From Trichomonas gallinae (taxonomy: Eukaryota), in NCBI GenBank assembly GCA_008369845.1, contig MRSU01010675.1:1-33237 (forward strand): 33,237 nt of DNA. Reading direction: 5' to 3'. Made by a program: the position numbers and the translations under genes. The notes under the pieces were generated by a model, which saw only the letters and a list, made by a program, of their open reading frames with translations, did no database searches and was not told the DNA's origin. Position 1 is the stretch's first letter. Each line of letters starts with the position of its first letter. Of this stretch, positions 32,901 through 33,237 are shown in pieces.

Positions 32901-33044
32901 CCAAGATTTTTTTAACAAAAAAAGTTCGTTTAGAGATTTTAAATTTTTGACAACATTCATTTACATGTCAAATGTTTTGCAAACTATTTTACATGTCAAA
33001 TAAATTTTTTATTCGTCAAAAATTTTGCAATCTATTTTAAAAAA

Positions 33045-33237
33045 GGTAGTCCGGCAGATTTTTTAAAATTGTCAAAAATGGCCCCTGCTTATAAAACGTG
33101 TCTGGTTCGACGCTACAGTAGAGCCCAAGAAAACTCCACCGGCTGTTTTTTTGATGCGAATCTAGCATTTTAATGGTCACTATGTGCTCATTCTATATTA
33201 TTAATTTACAGAATTTTTAGTTGTATTTTTCTGCCGG
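33045..33237. mobile_element. Putative MITE/non-autonomous DNA transposon truncated at window end
   Basis: CCGGCAGA (33051-33058) is the reverse complement of the final 8 bases TCTGCCGG (33230-33237); the interior is non-coding and GC-richer. Confidence 0.4.

Noticed and set aside
33079..33152. tRNA or snRNA gene suggested by GGTTCGA
   Set aside because: I could not fold a cloverleaf, and found no clear A-box or U-snRNA signature.

Overview
AT-rich eukaryotic DNA with intronless genes in the standard code, most consistent with a trichomonad (Trichomonas-like parabasalid). The evidence is TCA(T/C)(T/A) initiator (Inr) elements and AAAGTGAC (M2-type) motifs just upstream of ATGs, several stop codons within TAAA, and typical expanded families. 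About 16 genes appear intact or nearly so: a pseudokinase, an amino-acid transporter, an ENTH-like protein, a GYF-like protein, a small membrane protein, a thioredoxin-domain membrane protein, a Rab, a CAMK kinase, a multi-RRM protein, a fucosyltransferase-like protein, a PH-AGC kinase, a coiled-coil/ankyrin protein and four hypotheticals, one probably frameshifted. Decayed gene relics lie between them (one metallophosphoesterase, two ankyrin, and weaker candidates). I found no rRNA, tRNA or CRISPR and no convincing multi-gene novel system. The best leads are a recurrent promoter 13-mer TTTACAYGTCAAA, a possible MITE truncated at the right edge, an orphan M3/M5-like promoter, and several highly divergent proteins. 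All family assignments come from motifs recognised by eye.
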